A DNA stretch of 64,000 nt, taken from Lingula anatina. Lineage: Eukaryota; Animalia; Brachiopoda. The DNA lies in NCBI GenBank assembly GCA_051362555.1, contig CM120640.1:67558788-67622787 (forward strand). The letters run 5' to 3'. Below, piece after piece: positions 10,201 to 21,888 of the stretch (positions are counted from its first letter, which is position 1; every line of letters starts with the position of its first letter). The position numbers and the translations under genes were made by a program. Under the pieces are notes generated by a model that was not told the origin of the DNA, did no database searches, and saw nothing but the letters and a program-made list of their open reading frames with translations.

Positions 10201-13200
10201 ATTATTATTTTATTGAAACTTTTATCTGGAAAATTTATAAAATAGTGTTATGGAAGGACATTTTTATTTTTGATGTAGTTTACAAAATATTGATTATTTT
10301 TAATAATAAAGGCTACAGACATTAAATATAAGTTATTTTTTACATATAACCAAGTGCATTACATTGAAATTTTTCTGAATAGAAAAGAATGGATTAATTA
10401 ATATCAAAATGTTCTTCCACGACAATTTAGGTACCTATTTTTTAAGTTTTCTCAGTCATTACAAAAGCTAAAAACTTTTTACTTCATATTCTCCTCAAAC
10501 ATGGTATGGGTCAACAACCTTTGAAAAAAAATTGACATATAAGATTTCAGTGGATTAATAAATCAAAGTTATTAAAACTGTTATGGAAGGACATTAAGTG
10601 TCATGGATGGACACCTCACATATTTTGGGTGAATACCAGGCAGATGGGTGAACAATGAAGTCCTGGCCCTTTCTTTCAGATTACTTCAAGTTGGAATTTT
10701 AAGATCTTCCATAATCTAATTATTGCTGTCTTTTTATTTAATAGCACACTATTTTAATGATTTTGATATAATTGTAATGTAGGATTGCATAAAATTTAGA
10801 CATTTGCTGAAAAATCTCATGTTGCCTGCGTTTAGGAGTTAGGGCATCAAACTGTGATACAGCCCACTTGAAAGGTCTGCGACACTACGACCCTGGAGGA
10901 CAGCCCAGAGTATAGTGATTGGTACTTTATTATTAATATCCGTTTTTTATAATACTAACAGGTGAAGGGGATATCTTTCAGCAGTTCCATAATAATGTTG
11001 CCTGCATTTAGGAGTTGGGGCATCAGATCTGTGATACAGCCCATGTGAATGGTCTGCGGAACTATGACCATGGAAATGCGGCTCAGGGTGGCACTACGAC
11101 CTGGCATCTACATCGCACTGCCCAAACTGAAAGCAGATCAACAGCATCAAAGTTAAGAAAGCTCTGGCAATGGTACCCGGGCACCTCCAAAAGTTGCTGA
11201 ACGAAGGAAACTGAGGAAATCTCATTTCCTACCTATAAACGGTCCTTTTCAGGACCACCCACTTTTCTCAGGAAAGGCTTCCAATATATTCCATTTAACT
11301 ACCTAAACCTATATACCCTTTATAATACAGGAATACCTAGCATGACTGCTTGATGAAACTGTAACAGGACTGTTATTTAAAAACGACTCAGACTGATCTG
11401 GTAGAGACTTGAAGTGGTATTTTTTATAAACATGTTGTTTATTGCGATACCTATGAGAGGTAGAACAGCATGAGTGGACAAATGTCTGAATAATGTGATG
11501 AAACGAACAGAACAATTTACGTGAACTAAAACTAAAAAATAAATGAATAGTATTTTAAATGAACTAAACTAAAAATAATTATCTGTATAACAAAATAAGA
11601 CAACATGAAACTCTTAAATAAAAAAGCAAACCAATCAAGCCAATATTTACCTGTAAGAGGTAGAACAGCGTGAGTGGACGAATGTGCCGCCAAATGAGGT
11701 AGGGCATGTTTCTGGGCCTTGCACTCAAATGCAGTTATAATTCCATGTAAACGCCATGAAATAGATTTTTACTCATTAAATTGATTCTTTTGGTCTTTGA
11801 TGAATTAGCAGTTCAAACGCGGCAGATATATATTGAGGTTTCTTTACGTTGCATGGTATGTGTTGAAAGAATCTTAATATCTATTAAGCGAACTTATTTC
11901 TTTTTTAATTTAGGAATAAACTAATGATAATAAAATGAAAAGAAAACAAATGATTTCAATTTTGAACCAGTATTATTTTAGAAAACCATTGACTTTTTGT
12001 GCTAATGAACAACGCTGATAGGCCTACATTTCTGTGAAACTTGAAGCAACTAGCTTTACTTTATTGATACCCTATACAGGTTATACATATACTATATTCG
12101 ATCACAAGCCTATGAAAGTAGATTTTTAATCCTCTAACAATTTTTTTTTAGATGCCGACATCTTTCATTTCACTATCCGGTTAAAAAAAAACATTTTTAT
12201 GACTGGTGTACCATGAAATTCTGACTCCCCTAAAATGTGACTCCCCAGTCAGATTTCCATAAATTATGGAAATCTGACTGGGGAGTCACATTTTAGGGAA
12301 GTCAGAATTTCATGATTAATGGAAATGTAACTCCCCAGTCCAATAGTGAAAATTTGTCTCCCCCTGGGAAATTTTGACTCCCCCCCCCCCCCCCACACAC
12401 ACACAAAACATTCATAAATTTATTTTATTTGAGTAAATGACTATGATCTTGTAGTATGCATAATGGAGGACACATTGGCACTTAAATTTTTGTTTTAATT
12501 TTCATGAAAAATATAAAAAAATTAAAGATTTGTATTTTACCACACAAGGACTCCCCCTATGAAAAAGTATTTATTTGACATTTTTCAACATATTTTCTTT
12601 TAGGGTACTTTAGGAAGAATATATTGGATAAGAATAAGAAAATGAAAGATTAGTATTCTATGAAAAAGCTATTGATAATTGATACATTGAGACAATGGGT
12701 GGTAAAATGCACATTTTAGATTTTCTTAATTTTCATGTTTTTTTTTTTTTAATTTTTTCTCACCTAATATTCAACCATCAAACTTTCAAATATTAAGTTA
12801 CTTTTTCATAAATTGACTAGCTCAGGTCTCCCCTATATTCTATATCAGTAAAGCACCATCTTATGTGGAATTTCCAACTATTACCGTATTTTACTATTTT
12901 ATATGGGAGGACGGTTGTGGTCGGTTGTGCTAGGTTGAGGACGGTGTTTAGGTACACTGCCACAGCCTCGTTGTATAATCACCGCCACAGCCTCGTTGCG
13001 GAATCCACCTTTAAAATGGCGACCTTGACCCGATTACTACCTCGAAGGGTGTACCACCAGAAAATTCAATAAAACTTCTTTCTGGTATAAAGGTAAGTTT
13101 ATTTTTACTATGTAAAACCCAAGTGCGATCTCATAGAGATTTGCCATGCGTCCATTTCGGTCCATTTCGGTCCATTTCAGTCCATTTCTATCCATTTCTA

Positions 13201-13225
13201 TCCATTTCTATGTTTTAAAGGACCG
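7234..13225. mobile_element. Non-autonomous Mutator-like element (MULE), 5992 bp
   Basis: ~235-bp TIRs (7234-7468 and 12991-13225) with 10-bp gaaatgga-type terminal tandem repeats. 9-bp TSD atgaaaacc (7225-7233, 13226-13234). No transposase ORF inside. Confidence 0.88.
12212..12314. repeat. Near-perfect ~100-bp palindrome of gactcccc units inside the MULE
   Basis: catgaaattctgactcccctaaaatgtgactccccagtcagatttccataa-a-ttatggaaatctgactggggagtcacattttagggaagtcagaatttcatg; more gactcccc units follow to about 12385. Confidence 0.8.
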
Positions 13226-13234
13226 ATGAAAACC

Positions 13235-15848
13235 TTCGGGTCCTCTACAGAGGCGGTGGTCAATGCGGTGCGTAGTAAGAAGGTCAGTCATGGTTATAAA
13301 AGAAGTAAACCATTAGAAGCCACTGGTAAAAGTCGTCAAAGCCGTGAAATCCCATGTAGCAGTGACAAGCCTCGTAACAGTAAATCTTCTACTAGAGAAT
13401 GTTGCAGATGTGGTGGGGACCACAATAAATACAAGTGCCCGGCATGGGGCAAGATGTGTAGAAAATGCAAAGGATGGAACCATTTTGCAAATAAATGTAG
13501 AACAGACAGTAAAGTACATACTCTGAATGCTGTATCTGATGAAGAAGATGAAGAAGAACTATTTGTTTCCACAGTCAGAACTGACCGATCAAAGTGTGAG
13601 TGGATAGCTCCAGTGAGTGTGAATGGCACAGTTATACCCTTGAAAATAGACAGTGGCTCTCAAGTGAACATTCTGAGTATCGATGAGTACAATTTGTTAA
13701 GACAGAAACCAAGACTGTACAGTACTAACACTAAACTGAGTGCTTATAACAATACTAGCATTGCTACAAAGGGTATATGTTATGTAAATCTGACTCTAAA
13801 GTCAGGAAAGAAAATAAATAATGTAAAATTTTATGTAGCAAACCAAGACTGTGTATCAATACTAGGAGCAGGAGATAGTGAAAAATGTGGTTTAGTAATA
13901 AGAACTAGAGATGTCAGAAAAGTATATGGCATTACAGAGGGTGGTTTAACAAAGGAATACATCAAAGAAAAGTACGGTGATGTATTTACAGGCATTGGTT
14001 GCCTGGAAGGTGAAGTTTGTATTAAACTCAAAGACAATGCAAAGCCAATAATATGTGCAGCTCGTAAAGTACCTTTTGCTTTGAGAGATAAACTCCAGAA
14101 AGAGTTGGAAAGATTGGCAAGTCAGAACATAATAAAGAAAACAGATGGTCCCACAGACTGGGTACTTCCCTTAGTATTAGTTGAAAAAGCTAATGGTAAC
14201 CTTAGAATATGCATGGATCCTCTAAGATTGAATGAATATGTCTGCCGAGAACATTATCATTTACCAGAGAAATCTGAAATAGAGAGTGACATGGCAGGTG
14301 CCAAGTGTTTTTCAAAACTGGACCTTCGTCATGGTTTCTATAACCTTAAGTTAGATGAGCAAAGCTCCAGGTTGTGTACAGTGGCTACACCGTTTGGTAG
14401 ATATTCATTTCTTAGGATGCCATATGGGGTGAAAAGTGCACCAGAGATTTTATATGCTAAGATAGCTCAGTTATTTGAAAATGAGAAAAATGTGAAAGTT
14501 TTTATTGATGATATTGTGATTTATGCTGAAACATGGTCAGAGCATAATAGAATTTTACAACGTGTGATGAATATTGTACAGAAAGCAGGCGTGAAGTTCA
14601 ATGGAGACAAATGTGAAATAAGTTGTACTGCTTTAACATTTCTAGGTGATTGTCTTACAGAACATGGTATAAAGCCAGATCCATGTAAAGTCAGTGCTAT
14701 AAACAATATGCCTGATCCAACATGTAAGGAAGAATTACAAAGAGGGCTAGGTATGATTAATTACTTATCAAAATTCATGCCCAATTTGTCAGAGAAGACT
14801 ACGAAACTGAGACATTTGTTATTGAATACTGTAGACTGGAATTGGTCTGATGAACATAAGAAAGAATGGGACTGTTTGAAAAATATGATCAGGAGTGACA
14901 AAATATTACAGTACTTCGATCACAACAGGAAGACGAAAGTATCGTCAGATGCTTCCAAAAGTGGACTTGGAGCAGTTTTACTACAGTTACATGAACATGA
15001 GTGGAAACCTGTTGCATTTGCTTCTAGGGCAATGACAAAGACAGAGTGTAGATATGCACAGATAGAACAAGAATTGCTAGGAATGGTATTTGCTGCAGAG
15101 AAATTTCATGAATATATCTATGGTAGAGCAGATGTGATAGCTGAGACTGATCACAAACCTTTGATATCACTTTCTAGTAAGATATTGAGTGACTTAACTC
15201 CACGATTACAACGTTTAATGTTAAGGCTTAGAAGGTATGACTTGAAATTTGAATATAAGCCTGGCAAGTATCTTGTAATTGCAGATACATTATCTCGTGC
15301 ATATGAACCAAGTCAGAAAAGTGACACTGAAAAAGAAATTGAATTGCATTTGGACATGATTAGAGAATCCAAGTGTTTTAGTGATCCTATGTGGAAAAAA
15401 TTGGCTATGGAAACCGAGTCAGATGAAACTCTGAATTTGGTAATGAAAGCAATTCTCAATGGATGGAACTCTTATAGGTTTTTGAAACCATATTTTCATT
15501 TTAGAGAGAATTTAGCAGTGATTGATGGTGTTATTGTACATGGTACAAAAGTTGTAATACCAGGTTCAATGAGAAAAGATATGTTACACAGAATACATGA
15601 AGGTCATTTGGGTATTGAGAAATGCCTTAGTAGGGCAAGAGTATTATATTGGCCCAACATATCTCGTGATGTCACTGACACTGTTAGTAGATGTAGTATT
15701 TGTCTTGCCTGAAGTAGATATTGATATGGAACAGAGTCCTTCTCAGGCACAAGTTAATGTTATGCCACAAGTTGTAACTCTACCTGATGTCAAGACTCGT
15801 AGTGGTAGAAACATTGTTAAACCAAAGAGACTTATTGAAGAGTGTTAA
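13235..15848 (+). pseudogene. Gypsy gag C-terminus (Zn knuckles) plus pol (protease, RT, RNase H, integrase HHCC only)
   Basis: CCRCGGDH..C and CRKCKGWNHFANKC knuckles, protease KIDSGSQVN, RT LDLRHGF / MPYG / FIDD, RNase H SDAS..GLGAVL / ETDHKPL / ADTLSR, and HEGHLG...CSIC. It then jumps to the C-terminal TRSGRNIVKPKRL tail in another frame. Confidence 0.92.
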
Positions 15849-15934
15849 AAGACATTGTTTAGTTATTGAGATAAGGAGAACAAACTATGTAGATTAAAGC
15901 ATAAGATACTTTATTTAGAAACATTTTTTATTGT

Positions 15935-15948
15935 AAAAAAAAGGAAGA
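15935..15948 (+). promoter_or_regulatory. Polypurine tract
   Basis: aaaaaaaaggaaga abutting the 3' LTR. Confidence 0.8.
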
Positions 15949-16040
15949 TGTATCATAATGTCGTTAATTGTATGACCTGTTTATGTTATGTAATAAAGAC
16001 GCTTGACGACACCACGTCATCTTGGAGTCACGTTGTTACA
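15949..16040 (+). repeat. 3' LTR (92 bp)
   Basis: Identical to 6550-6641. Confidence 0.95.
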
Positions 16041-18258
16041 CTTGGATACGAAAATTGACAATTTTCATGAGTTCCGATCAAAAAGTGTTATGCTTGTTAT
16101 GGCCAAAAGCCTTACTGCTTTTTGTACTTTTCAAATGCAAGATTATAAAAAAAATTGGTGTGTTTAGATTCTTGAACATCTTGGTCGTGGCGTGGTATAT
16201 ATTGCATGGATACTGCTCCAATATTTCTTGAAAAAAATAACCCGATTTGTTCAGAATACCAATTTTTTACTCTAGTGTTATGGGTAAATGTACCATTTTG
16301 GCCTTTACCTTTTTCATGTCTAAATCTAAAAAGACTTATCATGACAGTTGGTCATCATTTTTCTTCTCACCATGGTGGGTGGCTTTGGAGTGGTAACTTT
16401 GTTGTTTAAGTAAAGTGCTCAGTTTTTTTGACTGGAAAATTTTGCCTCCACCCGGCATTTTCCATCATGGCGGTCTAACAGGAAGTTTGACTTCACAGTG
16501 TCTTTGGTATAGTTATTTTTAACTTATTTAGTCTTCTTTTTACATATATATGTTTTAATTCATATTAAACCTTTGAAAAAAGAACACACATGAATCCTGG
16601 TGCTTCTTAATTTAAAGTCTTAAGGTTTTAAGTTCACCTAGGCTCCACCAATTACTTTACCTGTTATCTCACTACACATCTCTCTTTGAGTCGAGGTGTG
16701 TAAGACACACTTTATTGTGTAAGACACCTCTATAATTAAGGGGTACTTGCTTCTCTACTTAAATTATACTTCACTACTTTGGCATGTTAGGTGGCAAGCT
16801 TGGATGTTTCAGTTCATTTTAAGAAAGAAGCTTTGCCTTGGTGGTTACAAAAGAATAGAACTCTATTAAGGTTTATTCATTACTTGAAATTAAATATTTC
16901 ATCTTGTAGTGTTGAAACAGAAATTCTCTCAAAATTGATAATGAATTTGACAAGCATATCTTAACACTACTCAAGTTTTTTTTTCTATTATAGATATGGG
17001 AGAAGGCTGCATTGAATATATGAATTATGGTCAGGCTGGAAAAAATTAAAATATGTCAATGAAAAAAGGAGGTCAGTGTGTCTGGGGTAAGTTACTTTTG
17101 TCATAATGCCTAAGATGCATTAAACATTCACTAACAACAGTACCCTTTTTAATTTTTTTTTCAAAATACAACAACCTTGGGCATTTTCCTTTTAGCAACC
17201 AGCCTCTCTGAAATCCCCTTTTTGTCCTGTCAGAAGAGTAGGGACCAGGGCGGATTTAAATAATTTTTTGTAATAAGTACAATTTCTTTCAATTTCTTGG
17301 GGTTATTAGCTTGTGATCATGAATCTTGATGTTCTATATGAATTTAGTTGTAAATTGTTCATTTATGTGGTGAACATTATTTCAGTCAAGTCATAACAAG
17401 ACACATTAAACTTCACTGCATAATTCCATAATGTCTACATGGATACTAGTAGTTCATAATGCTATTATTATGTTTTTTTTTCTAACCTACAGGTTTCTCT
17501 CTTTTCTGAGTGGCATGGCATTAGCAAGGCAGAAGAAAAGGCCCTGAAGAAATTCTCACTTGAGTTGTCCTTTTTGGAGAAGAAACTGGATAAGACTGGC
17601 CAACAGAGATTGCATTAAATTAATAGTGCTCCTTTATGACATTTTAAAATATTTTCAGTCACCTAACTGACTCTATACATTGCAAAAGTGGACATAAATT
17701 TTATGTTACTGTTACGTAGAAAAAAATTCAAAACCTATATATAAATTGTTGATTGCCAGTGAAATTTCTGTTTCAGTGAAATTTCTTTAAAGCAGTCACT
17801 TACTGCTTACTTACCAGTTAATTTTTTCAGCTGTTACATTTTATAAATGTTCTTACTAAGTGTTGTCTTGATCTATAATAACCTTTTGAAAATCCCATGT
17901 TTTTCATCCTATTTGTAAGAATTAACCACTTTATCTTCTAGGATTTTTTTTTTTCATTCGGCCCATTAGATTCTCAGACCTTGCTGGCCTGTAAGTGGAA
18001 TAGTATCTGGCACAGACTGGTATCAGCAAGTCAGATAAAAAAGAATATAATTATTTCTATTTGCACGGTTGAAAAAAATGCCATCATAGACTGCATAAAA
18101 CTGGAAAACTGTAGCAACTTAATCATTCTTATGACTTCATTTATTACTGCTTATGTGTAAAATTTTTATGTACAGACACAGATGTGTCTGTACATATAGC
18201 CATCATCTGCGTCTGTCGTCGCCGTCGCCGTCGTTGCCGTCGTCGCCGTGCACTTTTA

Positions 18259-18960
18259 CCGATAACACGATAAGTGGAAAACTGTTTTTTATTTCAGCTT
18301 GAAACTTACAGAATTGATGAATATTTATAATATGCAGGTCAAGTTCGAAAATCAGCATGATCGGGTCACTTGTAGGGAAGTTATGCTGTTTTTTCACTTT
18401 TTTCAGCATATATGCAGCACCGATAACACGATAAGTGGAAAACCATTTTACCTTTTGGTTTGAAACTTACAATACTGATGAATATTCATAATACGCAGGT
18501 CAAGTTCGAAAATCAGCATGATCGGGCCATTTTTTGGGAAGTTATGCTGTTTTTTCACTTTTTTCATCATATATGCAGCACCGATAACACGATAAGTGGA
18601 AAACCATTTCACCTTTTGGCTTGAAACTTACAGAACTGATGAATATTCATAATACGCAGGTCAAGTTCGAAAATCAGCATGATCGGGTCACTTGTAGGGA
18701 AGTTATGCTGTTTTTTTCACTTTTTTCAGCATATATACAGCACCGATAACACGATAAGTGGAAAACCCTTTTACCTTTTGACTTGAAACTTACAGAACTG
18801 ATGAATATTCATAATACGCAGGTCAAGTTCGAAAATCAGCATGATTGGGCCATTTTTAGGGAATTTATGCTGTTTTTTTCACTTTTTTCAATATAAATGC
18901 AACACTGATAACACAATATAAGAAAAACGGATTGGCCAATTGTCATTATACTCACAGAAG
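18259..18960 (+). repeat. ~161-bp tandem array (4 units plus a diverged unit) within HINE
   Basis: ccgataacacgataagtggaaaa recurs at 18259, 18420, 18581 and 18743, and diverged at about 18905. Confidence 0.9.
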
Positions 18961-19439
18961 TTGTCAATCTTACTAAAACGCAGGTTGAGTTCAAAAATCA
19001 GCATAAGCGGGCCATTATTTTAGAAGTTATACTGTTTTTTCACATTTCCTCAGATTCAATTATTAGGCATGTTAACAGTCTCATTATTGAACTAATAAGA
19101 TGCGTAAAAGTGTTTGTTTGATATTTCCTGCATCTTTACAACATTGTTAGTTGATTATGTAAAAAACATGGTAAAGTTGTTATCATGTAATGTGTAATAA
19201 AGTGTCAAAAATGGAAATAAACTCATATCATTGCAGTTTGTCAGATTCAATCATCCACTATGTTCAGAATCTCAGAATGGAGGAAATTGGACATTTAACA
19301 CTGTTCTATTGATACTTTTCCCATCTCATCAATTTTTTTAGTTGGCCATATAAAAATGGCAGTAAAATGTTTATTTTGTTTTATGTTAAAAAAGTGTTAA
19401 AAATGGAACTAAACCCATTTCAGAACAGTGCTGTCTTGT

Positions 19440-21000
19440 TTACATTTTGGCATTTTCAAGATGTGACTTTGAAGTTCCATGGGCCTGAAGACCTTTGCTA
19501 GTCACATTTTCTGAATATCCGTGATACTAATATCTCATAATTAAAAATTGATGGTCATTATGCTGTTAAACATTATGTAATATTGCATCAAAATTTGAAG
19601 AAACCCCTATTTTGGGCACTGCTCCCATGATGACCATTTAAGGAAAGTCATGTCACTTACTGTTCTCAAACTTACAGGAAAGAAACATGGGACTAAAATA
19701 TAGCTTCAGTAGGCAATGCAGTCTGTTTGGTAATTTTTTCTGGCAATTAAACAGTTTTTTTGTGAAAATTTAATTTTTCACATGTTGGCATTTTCAAGGT
19801 GTGACTTTGACGTTCCATGATCCTGAAGGCCTTTGCTTGTCACGTTTTCTGAATGTCCATGTTACTAATATTTTATTAATAACATTTGATGGTTATTATG
19901 CTGTTAAACATTATGTAAGGTTGCATCAAAATTTGAAGAAACCTCTATTTAGGGCACTGCTCCTATGATGACCATTTAAGGGAAATCATGTCACTTGCTG
20001 TTCTCAAACTTACAGGAAAGAAACATGGGTCTAACATACAGCTTCAGTAGGCAATGCAGTCTGTTTGGTAAAATTTTCTGGCAATTTAACAGTTTTTTTG
20101 TGAAAATTTAATTTTTCACTTATTGGCAATTTCAAGGTGCAACTTAGAACCTCCACGGGCTTGAAGACCCATACTAGTCACATTTTCTGAAAATCCATGA
20201 TGTATATTTTATTATTAAAAATTGATGGTCATTATGCTGTTAAGCATTATGTAATGTTGCATCAAAATAGAAGAAAACACAATTTTTGGTGCTGCTGCCA
20301 TGATGACCATTATGGGAAAACCATGTTACTTATGATTGTCAAACTTTCAAAAAAGAAACACATGGCTAAAATGCAGCCCGAGTTGGAAAAGCAGTCTAAT
20401 TGGCTTCTTTTTCTGGAAGTTATACATTTAAGTGAAATATTCATTATCTTTTTGGCATATTCATTGTGGGACTCAGAGCTCCCATGGGCATGAAGCCGTA
20501 TGGTAATCAAATTTTCTACATGTCCATGCTATTTATAGTCAATAATCAAAAATTGGTGATAATTATTCTATAATTTATTATGTAATGTTACATCAAAATT
20601 GACAATAATCTTTTTGCACTGCTACTGCAAACATTATGAAAAGAAAACTGTGTTTATCATTATATTTAACTTATAAGTATGATTTTTAGGATTGGCATGT
20701 AGTTCAAATTACAAAGCCAGGTCAATTGGGTTATCATTTATTATTGAATTTTATGCAATTTTGTGTGAAATTTTCATTTTTCTCATTCTGGCACTTTCTA
20801 AGCATAAACTTGAACTCTGATGGGCCTGAAGCCTTATGCTTTTATTTTCGTCGGTGTTACCTGTTGTGCAAAATTAAAATTTAATGTTGACTGTGCAGTT
20901 AAACATAATGTATTATTGCATCAGAATTGGTAGTCTCCTATTTTGTGCATTATTGTTTTGTGCTTTTCTTAAGTTGTGACTTATGGGCCTGAAAGACCTT
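19440..21000 (+). repeat. ~335-bp degenerate tandem array within HINE
   Basis: A ttgatggtcattatgctgttaaacattatgtaa-like motif recurs at about 19546, 19884, 20221, 20551 and 20880 with decreasing identity. Confidence 0.7.
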
Positions 21001-21216
21001 TGAGAGGGTTAGTCTGTCAATTTCCCTTGGGTATCACTTAGCTAATTTCAGTGTTATAATTTGCCTAATTGATAGGCCATTAAATGAGATTACATAAAGC
21101 ACACTTGTTGATATTTCCCTGTAAACTCCCAAAGGTAAAGCTCTCTGCTAGATTAATAATAAGGAAGCAATGATAATTATGCAGGTAAATTTTGTTTAAT
21201 ATTGCAAATAAGTTTT

Positions 21217-21218
<2 letters not shown>

Positions 21219-21253
<35 letters not shown>
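21219..21253. repeat. (TA)n microsatellite in HINE (longer counterpart at 40548-40602)
   Basis: Direct reading. Confidence 0.9.
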
Positions 21254-21255
<2 letters not shown>

Positions 21256-21291
21256 ATTAAAAGTTTGAATAGCAGCTTCATTGGAATTATA

Positions 21292-21888
21292 TTTACCTCT
21301 GCCAAGGAGGTTATATTTTCACCTCTGTTTGTCTGTCATCAACATAACTCAAAAAGTTATGGACCAATTTTGCTGAAAATTTCAGGAACTGTCAGAAGTG
21401 GGCCAAAGAGGACAATAATCAATAATAATCAACAATTGCTGCCTTGTTAATTTTTTTCTCAAACACTGGCATTTGTGACTTATAACTTCCATCCACCTGA
21501 GGCTTTGCTCATTTTCTGTATTTCCACATAAGCAGTTGTATTGTTTTTTATGTCTTTAAACATTATGTTATATTATTTTATGCACTGTCATCATTTTTCA
21601 AATATTGAGACTTTCATCATGTGACTTTGGTCTCTTATGGTCCTGAAACTGTAATCTTATTGAAGGGGTGGATTGAGACCATCTTCTGGGTCTTCCGGAA
21701 GACAGTCAGGTTATTAAGTTTATATTGACTGGTATCTGTTTTTTTTTCTGTTGGAAGACCTTCAAAATGGAGGATGGATCAAAATAGATACTTTGGATTA
21801 CTGTCAGAAAATATCTCTGGATCTGCTCCTGTTATGGATCTGCTCCTGCCTGGGCAGAGGTCTGCACTCTCAGAGTGCTTTTCTAGTT
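21292..21888 (+). mobile_element. Second, short HINE family nested in HINE copy 1 (rearranged by local duplication)
   Basis: 5' ttacctctgccaaggaggttat...ctgtttgtctgtc and 3' ggcagaggtctgcactctcagagtgcttttctagtt (subTIR plus hairpin). Same ends as 38224-38514 and 40278-40494. Confidence 0.65.

Larger units (their letters stand above)
6550..16040 (+). mobile_element. Ty3/Gypsy LTR retrotransposon, interrupted by a MULE, integrase core deleted
   Basis: Two identical 92-bp TG...CA LTRs, 5-bp TSD cttgg (6545-6549, 16041-16045), PBS, PPT, and gag-PR-RT-RH order. The empty site with a single cttgg is seen in host copy 2 near 63540. Confidence 0.95.

Noticed and set aside
16022-16409. Small ORFs conserved with 63107-63578 (and 22861 with 59092), suggesting duplicated genes
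   Set aside because: Identity is explained by two recent copies of the same transposon. There are no recognisable domains and the ORFs overlap on both strands.
18259-18960. 161-bp periodic repeats as a CRISPR or coding repeat
   Set aside because: Whole units are repeated with no spacers. They lie inside a HINE, and the short ORFs (18203, 43078, 44355, 45956) are by-products.
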